DNA of 63,991 bases, the filler included, from Streblomastix strix (taxonomy: Eukaryota): NCBI GenBank assembly GCA_008636045.1. It is 3 parts of 3 records of this genome, joined end to end, with 100 filler letters (N's around TTAATTAATTAA, not from the genome) between each part and the next. Parts side by side here need not be neighbours in the genome. Positions count along the whole stretch, not along the records: positions 44,567 to 63,991 come from SNRW01000514.1; 2 more parts are not named here. One strand, written 5' to 3'. The position numbers and the translations under genes are program-made. Under the pieces are notes generated by a model, which saw only the letters and a program-made list of their open reading frames with translations, made no database searches and had not been told where the DNA came from. Position 1 is the first letter of the stretch; every line of letters begins with the position of its first letter. Below are positions 55,673-63,991 of the stretch, one piece after another.

Positions 55673-57840
55673 ATGAAAAATTATTAGTACAAAGAGGAGA
55701 TGAATAAATAATAGAATAGAAAATATAATGATAAAAGTGAGTAATAGAAATAATTGAATTAAAAAAAGAATTACAAAATTAAAAATTTGACTAAAAAAGA
55801 AGAAGAAAATCTAAAAATTAAACAATTGAAGAAATAATAAAGATTTTTGGAATAAAAAAAGAAATGATAGGAAGAGAAAAAATAAAAATCATAATTAAAA
55901 ATATAAATAATTGAAGTAGAAAAAAAATAACAAAGAAAAATAGATAAAAAAATGAAATAAGAAGAAGGAAAAGAAAATGCATAAAAAGAAGACATAAAAG
56001 AAAAATAAATAAAACATAAAAAAAGAAAAAGATTTGGAAAGAAAACCTAAATATAAACGAAAATGAAGAAAATTGTTGCAAATTGCTATTTGATATTTGC
56101 AAAGATCAAATGGAATAACATAGTATTTTGGATTTTCAGATCTTTGTAAAGACTCTAACTAAAAAAAATCTTACATTGTTTGAGAGTAACACTTACACAA
56201 TCAAAACCCTGAAGATGAAGATTAAAGAAAAGGAGAGCATTCAACCAGAATATCAGAATTTGATCTTTGCTGACAAGCTACTCAAAGACGATTGGATCTT
56301 ATAAGAATATAATTTCCTGAATGAAGCGACTCTGCACTTAAATAGTCGTCTGTGTGGTGCAATAGATAATGAAAAGAAAAATAAAAAAAAGAATAGTTAA
56401 TAAACGTAATATAAAAAATATATCTGTTTAAAATGAATAATTATCCTAATAATTATATACTTTTTATAAAATTATTAATCAACATTAAATGAATCATAAC
56501 ATAATCATAAATTTAAAAACTAATTTTTAATGAGTAATGATTAAGATTTAATATCAATCTTATAAGAATCAACAAAGTTATAATCCTAAAGCAATTCAAA
56601 TTCTCAAACAAATTTTATATCAAATTAAAAATCTTAGGCATTAATTAAATTTATTTAAGGATAATCAAATATTTTGTCAAACATTCCATCAATTTAAAGA
56701 TTTAAGACATTTTTTCAATCGATCTGAGCACAATCAAATTCAAAAATTTTCTACCCCAACCAATTAAAGATCTTATACATAATTTGTTAAGGAGAATCAA
56801 ATAAAGCAATTAATCTTTATTCTTTGCAAGCCTCATCAAAAATTTAAAAAAAAATCATAAAAATATTTAATAAAGATTGAAATGGAAAAAGACGCAACAC
56901 CTTCAAAAAGTTCTAGTGATTCAATGAATAATACTCAATTAAGTTCTCCTATTTCTCCTGCATAAAATGCAACTCCAATTAAATAACAAATTAATTTGGA
57001 GTAAGAAAACATTAATTAAAGCTAAAACTTACTTCAGTTCTTTAATGAATAATCACTCATTTCTACATTTGCACAAAGAGCTGCTCTTGAGTATTGACTA
57101 TAAATAGATCAGTTACAGGATTTGATATTATTAAACCTCATAGTTATCTTTTTGGATTCTATCTTTACTTTCATGATCCTACTCTTTGTATTATATTCAC
57201 ACATGCTTTAGAAGTACTTGTTAAATATGGAAAATAGCATGAAAAACTTATTCAAATTGAAATCAAACTTCACTTCTCAGATAAGACTGTTTGAAATTAA
57301 AAACTCCAAATTCTTAAATGTAATGCACTAGTAGATTGACATAATACCTAATATGAGGAACATAAAGGCTAGTACTCTTTTATCATAGTCCTAATTCTTA
57401 CATTTGAATCTGAAATGGAATCTTGATTCTATTAGAAAGCACATCTGAAGTATGATTTATGTTATGGATCATGTTTCAAATATTATCAAACATATGCAGT
57501 TTTGAAGTAAACTAACTTCTTTTGAGGTATAAATATGTCAATCTTTGTGTGACGTGATTAGATGGAGATTGCTAAATATTAAAAGGATTTACCAGATACA
57601 GTTGTCCATGCTGATACTGAACATTGACTTGCTGATGTACAAGTTGCAGCAGATGAAGAGCCTCTTACATTCGTACTTAATACTTTGCTTGCAGAAAGAT
57701 CTTGCAAACATTTCTTAATCTTTGAAATATAGTGAAAGAGACACTCAATGGATATATATCCAATTTAATAACCAGCTCATACGTAAGAAGGGAATTATGA
57801 CGAAGTTCATCGCAAATGTTAGTTTTACGATGATTTATGA
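55673..57840 (+). pseudogene. Decayed gene: K/E/Q coiled coil + internal ubiquitin-like domain (~56134-56360) + unknown C-terminal domain
   Basis: FQIFVKTLTKKNLTL...TIKTLKMKIKEKESIQPEYQNLIFADKLLKDDWILQEYNFLNEATLHLNSRLCGA. Frameshifts and many in-frame TGA. Confidence 0.7.
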
Positions 57841-58199
57841 AAAATAACAGGATAAATTAATGAAAATGGTAATTTGCCGTATTTATCGGTAAAGAAAGTG
57901 AAAATGGGGCTCAAGGTCATTTTAGTCTATAAATTTGAGTATTATGGATTAGTTCACTTGAGAGAATACGCTGTAAGATATGTATTCAATGAAATAAGAC
58001 TAAATAAGTAAAATAGTGGTTGAAAATATGAATTACGAATAGAATTACTTATGAAACTTAGAAATGGAAGTAAAAATAAGACAATACAATAACTTTCTAT
58101 GTGAAATCCAATGTGTTTCATTTAATGAATCGCAAACGTCATTACATGTGACGTTCTTCATAATTCCCTCTATATAAAATTAATAATTTAATAATGAAT

Positions 58200-59885
58200 T
58201 TACTGTTGAATTATCATTTTCATCACATTTTATAATTTTCAACATTATTATTGTTAATAAACTCTTCATTATCAACAACTTCAACATTCTATTCTAGCTC
58301 AACTATACAATCCTCATTTTTCTTATATAATCTAGTACTTTTCTTCTTAAGATGATTTCTTATAGTTTCGCAGTTTATATGAATTTTTAATCTGAAATTT
58401 CCAAATTTAATAGAATCTGGACAGTATTATTGAAGAAACTCACGAAATTAACCAGCTTTTTTACTATCTGAAATATTATTTTCAGAATCTATCAATCTTT
58501 GTTAATAATATCTAAATAATTTCCTTTTTTGCATCAGTCGTTGGGATATTTCTAGCGTTAAATTAATAAATCTCTCTTTAAATAAAGAAACTAGTTAGAT
58601 TACCATAAAAACTTTCCTGATTTATATGATTGAGTAGATTCTTGAAGTATTCAGTACTCTTCATATATTTAGAATCACATTTACATACGAAGTATCTTCT
58701 ATCATCTTGACCTAAGTGAACAGGATCTAAGTGATTGGATTCTAAGATGAAATTTAAAAATTTCATTTTAACGCATGGACTTGAGAATTTCGTACGAATT
58801 TCTAAAATTGGATCTGTTATCAATGATTTTTTCTTATCAACTTCATGTCTGATTGAAGAACTGAATGTAGTAAGCTCATTTTTCACTAAAATGACCTTAT
58901 CACTCAAAATAATATTGAATTATCCTATAACAGATGTTAATGAAATAATATTTCTTTATGAATATCCAGATAATAACTCAGATAGAACATCAGTAAAACT
59001 ATTCTTTCCATAGCCTTATCCACCCCTTAACATTACCGAAACACGAGTCTGTAATTCAGGATGTCAAAAAATTAAAGCAAACAATTTCAAAATATATTCA
59101 TAATCAGTTGTATCATTGGATGATATTACTTATTTTAAATTATCTAAATAAGTTTGTATCAATTCTATATTAATTTGCTCATATTCATGAAATTTACAGC
59201 CTTAAAACATAGAAAGCATATCTGAATCATCACTTTTAAATTTGACTTTCTTAATTATGAATATTCAATTACATATTGTTACTAATTACCACAGCATTTT
59301 GGATTTCTTTCTATTGAAATGTTCTGGAATCATGTCTAATATATCTTATGCAAATGATTTAATTTTTCAAATGAAAATATATTTCTTATCCGGATTATCT
59401 TATTATTTGAATAAGAATGTTACAGTATCAGAGTGTATATATCTCAGTATCTTAGTCATATCGGAAATAATATCTTCAATATTTTAGAATTCATTCTTGA
59501 ATATCTTTTTTTTGATATCTGCCAACTCAAATTAATCAGTTTAGTCGATATTATTAAATAAAATTTTAGCTAGATCAATATTTTCATCAACATTATAAGA
59601 ATTACTAATTGATTATGATTTAGTGTCTTAAGAATTTGCATTAATTGGAAATTATTCTTATTTATAGTACATTTCATTAGTTAATCTAACTAATTTCTCA
59701 AAGTAATGAGAGGTACATGATTTTTCATCTAGTCTAATTCGAGTTCTATCGAAATTGGATCTAGCTTTGATAGTTAGAATATAAATTTAAATAATTTTAT
59801 TATAAGCTTCATTAATCCGCATATGATCAATATTAGGAATATATTTCATTCCAAAAAATGTGAAATCTGATTTAAGGTAATCCAT
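58200..59885 (-). pseudogene. D5-like/SF3 (DUF5906-type) helicase of a Polinton-like element
   Basis: YEYILKLFALIF*HPELQTRVSVMLRGGQGYGKNSF (Walker A), GQFNIILSDKVILVKNE and NFILESNHLDPVHLGQDDRRYFV. In-frame TGA at 59367, 59265 and 59064, and a probable frameshift near 58525. Confidence 0.82.
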
Positions 59886-62193
59886 ATTGACATTAAATAT
59901 ATAATTTTCTTATTAATTTTAAATTTTTTATTCTTAATTGGGTAATTGCAAACACAAGAATCAAATTGAAATTTTAAAATATAAATATAATTAAAATGAT
60001 ATGATATGTAAAAAATTATTACAAGACTTTACAAAATTGAGTAAAAACAGCATATGAGAATTGCAATTTTTTTTTAAAAAAAAATAAAGTGAGAATATTT
60101 GCAACTTGAAAGTATATTTTTTAATGAATATAAACTAATTTAATAGAACTGATATAAATATTGAAAAATATAAATATATTTTCAATTTTTATAAATCGAA
60201 TTGATAAAAAATTGTAAAATTTGCAAAACAATATAAAAAATTATTAAAACAAATATTATTTTAAGAAAATTGTGAAATATTAATGAATTTAAGTAAGAAA
60301 ACAACAATTATATATGAATTAAATTAAAATATAATAATAATAAAGTCAAAAATAATATTGGTTGACAGGAAAATTATAAAAAGATTATAATTTTCTTTTT
60401 CGTAAGACGTACATCTTTCAAAAATGATGTTAAAATAAATAAATAACTGTTAATGAATTTTGAAAATATAAAAATAAAAAATAAATATACATATTTAAGG
60501 GTAGTTCTCTGGAAAAATAATCTGTAATAAAAATTGTAAATTTTCATTCTGCTAACAACTAAAATATATAGAACACATTAAATTTATTTTTAAATTAATA
60601 AATATATGAATTAATAAAACGTAACTATAACTATATGCATGTAAATACCAAATTTCGCATATTTCAAAAAATAATTGAGAACGCGTGCAATCAATTTTCA
60701 ATTTATCGTTTACCATTTTTTTCATGCATAATATTGTTTTAATAAAATTTAAATTATAAAACTATTTTTTGATTTATGTGTTTGTAATCACCCAGTTACA
60801 AATTCTTTTTATTTAAAAATTAAAATATTTGAAATTATTTCTTCTGAAATCCGATTGATATGGTTATTTGGAATATCTGTGGTATGAATTATTTGAAATT
60901 GTCTGTATTTTAACCGCGTCACGATAGTAGTCGAAAACAAAAAACTAAAATTATTCATGTCATGTGAATTAATAAATTTAAATATATTTTAAAATAAATA
61001 AAGTATTAATACTTGGTAATAAAATTTTTGATATGTCACATTTCATAATCCATTTTTAATTTAGTAGAGGTTTGATAGTTTTGAATATTAAAAATAATTT
61101 AATATAAATTAATTTGTACAAACATTCATGTAACTATCACTTATCCATTAATTTGCATTTTTAGAAGTAGTAATTATTTTGTGAAAAGATAATAAATTTT
61201 ATAAAAAATAATTTTAAATAAAAATTTACATAAATAATAATTTTAATAATTCATTATAAAAAAAATTGAATAATTAATTAAAATTAAACTTACAAAATAT
61301 ATTTTAACTCTCGCTGTTGTTTGAAAAATTATTTAATTACTTTAAAAAATAATATTGTTAAAAAACATAGTTTTACCTTATGTATAATAATTTAAAATTT
61401 GAGAAACAATATTATTTTCTTAATTTTAGCAAAATTTGAATTGATTTAAGTAAATATTTGTATAAATTTAATAGATTTTTAATTATTCTAAATCAAAAAT
61501 CATAATATAAATTCAATAGAACCTATACTATATAAAATAAGGAAAATATTTAAAAAAATAAATAAGGAAAAATAAAAAAATTTAAAATTAAGATTATGAG
61601 TAGATAAAATTATTAGAAATAAATCATTAATATATTCAACAATGCAATGTTTACATATAAATTTAATCACTTAACTATTGCAATTCAAATAATAAAATTT
61701 TGTAAAATCAATAATTTAAAAAAATAATATTTTTAATTTTTGAAATTTTTATTTTTTTGAAAATTTTCAAAATTTGATTTGCAACAAAAAAATTTGCATT
61801 CCTGTTTACTGATCCAGAAAATCTGAACTTTATGTCAGTCAATATGACTCTCCGGTTATTATTTTTAAAACTAAAACTTATTTTTAATTTATTATAAGTA
61901 GAGTTAATGGATTTGTATGTTGATTAGTTTTTAGTGTTGGAATTAAAAATAACATAGCATAACCAGTGCATTATTTACAAAAATTTAAAAAAATTCTTTT
62001 AGAATTAAGTTAAACCGGAAATTTTAGTAAATAAAAAAAAAATTTTTTTTTCGATAAAAAATAAGACAAAAATTAAAAAAAATAAAATATTTAGATAAAT
62101 TTATTAATTAGAATTATTATTATTATTAATAAAAATTGAAAAGCAACTTGATTTTAATTATTACGGTCCGCATACTCACTTGCAAACCGTTCA

Positions 62194-62709
62194 ATGGCTG
62201 AAGAAGAAAAAGAGCGCGAAGTCATCCAACCAGAAAAGATGTTAGGCGTATTCACCGGTGGAAGAAATAATGTCACTGGTGGTATGTATAGAACACTGAG
62301 AATTTTTGAATTTAATTTTTAAATTTACAGAACGAGAAGGGCCTGGGGAAAATCGCTTTCCTAATGGTGATGTATATAAGAGCGAATATCAAAACGGACA
62401 AAGAAATGGGCCAGGCAAATATTTCTGGAAGGTAAGTTAAAATATTTTAATTTTTTTTCAAATGTCTTTATTTTCCATGATTCTCATATTATTAAACTAA
62501 AATTATAAATTTTCTCTATATTATTTTATTTGAATTCAATAGCAAAGTATGTTGGATGCTACATGAACCACATAAAGGATGGATACGGCCTCATGAAGTA
62601 CCCGGATGGCTCACTTTACGATGGTTTATATAAATCTTTGATTAATTTGCATTTGTTTAATTAATTTTATCTATTTTGCAATCATGAATTATTTTATATT
62701 TGTTTTAGG
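62194..62709 (+). pseudogene. RSPH1: Truncated MORN-repeat gene (radial spoke head 1-like)
   Basis: MAEEEKERE...GVFTGGRNNVTG|EREGPGENRFPNGDVYKSEYQNGQRNGPGKYFWK|..AKYVGCYMNHIKDGYGLMKYPDGSLYD|G, then unrelated sequence. The exon-3 acceptor appears out of phase. Confidence 0.7.
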
Positions 62710-63818
62710 TAGAGCTGTTAAAATTCGTCAATGAATATTGTTTTTACGAACGAAATCATCAGTAATTTTAAGAATTTTGACGAAAATATCTTAATCGCTA
62801 TATTTCAATGTAAAAGATAAGAATTTGGTATATTATTTTATGAGTATTAATACAAAATTTGAAAATAAAAATAAAACAATAAGAAAAATCAATTGGTATT
62901 ATATTAAGAAATGGATAAAATTGAAAAATTAAAATTGAAATATGTATTTGAATTATTAAAAGATAATACAAAGAATAGTTTGTTGAATTGAAGTAATATT
63001 TATTATAAAACACTTATTTAAAATATTATTTAGTAAATTATATAAGAAATTTTAGTTAAAGTATATTTAAAATTGACATTATTAAAAAAAAATAAAAAAA
63101 TTTTGTTTGAGAGCAACGCGAATAAAGAATAATATAATATTTATTAAATTATTCTTATTCTCATGCTATATTTAAATAAAAATAATTTTGCAATTACATA
63201 AATAGATATTTTGGTTTAAATATGAGTTTTATTAATAAAATTCAGTTTTAGTAATAATAATGATATAAACTGATTAAAAAGATGTCAAATTTTAACATTT
63301 TCGAGACATATAATATTATTATTTATAATTTATACAAATATTGAACAGTTAACCAGATTAAAGCTCAATAATAAATTTTTAAAAATTGTTCCATAGCTAC
63401 ATGTTCGATTTTATGTTTAATATATATAAATTTTTATGAGTAAGAGTGAATCAGATCAATAAAATTGAATTATTTTTCAATTTATTACTGCAGGAATTTG
63501 CATTTCAAACTTTTCGACATGAATAATCACTGACGAAAAAGTTGCACCCACGAAAATCTTTTCTAAATTCATATTAATTAAATAAAAAATATTCAATAAT
63601 TCACTCCGAGTCACAACTTTTACATATAATACCTATTCAATAGGTTTTATTTAAATAAAAATTTGATCTTAATAATTTTTTGAAGTATTTGTTTTAACTT
63701 TGTTGATGAATTAAATTAGATATTATATGTCAAAAAATTTAATAATTTATGTCAAAGTATTTAATTTTTATGGACAAAATAAGAAAAACCTTAAACAGTT
63801 CACAAATAAAATATAAAA

Positions 63819-63888
63819 TTGACGAATTCGTCAAAATTTAATTGGCTGACGAATTGGCGGCGCCAAATTTTTCGTCAAATTCGTCAAA
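63819..63888. repeat. Cluster of palindromic TGACGAA/TTCGTCA motifs
   Basis: Perfect palindrome ttgacgaattcgtcaa (63819-63834) and an imperfect hairpin tgacgaattggcg-g-cgccaaatttttcgtca. Confidence 0.7.
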
Positions 63889-63991
63889 TCCTCATAAACA
63901 ACCAATTTTTCTATCGATTTTAACTATTATTATTTTTATTATAATTATTATTCGAATATGATATAAATTAATCAAATTCGATATTTTTATG

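Noticed and set aside
59900..62150. Long extremely AT-rich tract as a centromere or origin
   Set aside because: No periodicity or motif beyond base composition.

Overview
This is AT-rich eukaryotic DNA read with the TAA/TAG=Gln code, TGA being the only stop, so the supplied standard-code ORF track misses nearly every real gene. Code, short GT-AG introns and gene content suggest an oxymonad such as Streblomastix (inference). The window is three contigs joined by artificial N-TTAATTAATTAA-N linkers at ~22192-22291 and ~44467-44566. Contig 1 is almost entirely one apparently intronless minus-strand frame of ~7,000 codons encoding a giant Furry/Tao3/Mor2 homologue. Contig 2 holds intron-containing host genes: syntaxin-16, a coiled-coil protein, an endosomal Qa-syntaxin, a CK1/TTBK kinase ending in CCIIL, the EFM4 methyltransferase, a RING-H2+YEATS-like fusion and an LCAT-like phospholipase. 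It also has a MITE-like repeat pair. Contig 3 holds a decaying endogenous Polinton-like dsDNA virus that uses the host code. It has an A32-type packaging ATPase, H-x-H-repeat fibre proteins, a probable major capsid fragment, a 2-TM protein and an intact 68-aa peptide resembling adenovirus protein VI. Further along are a ubiquitin-domain pseudogene, a D5/SF3 helicase pseudogene and a truncated RSPH1-like MORN gene. All calls come from manual translation and motif recognition; no searches were run.
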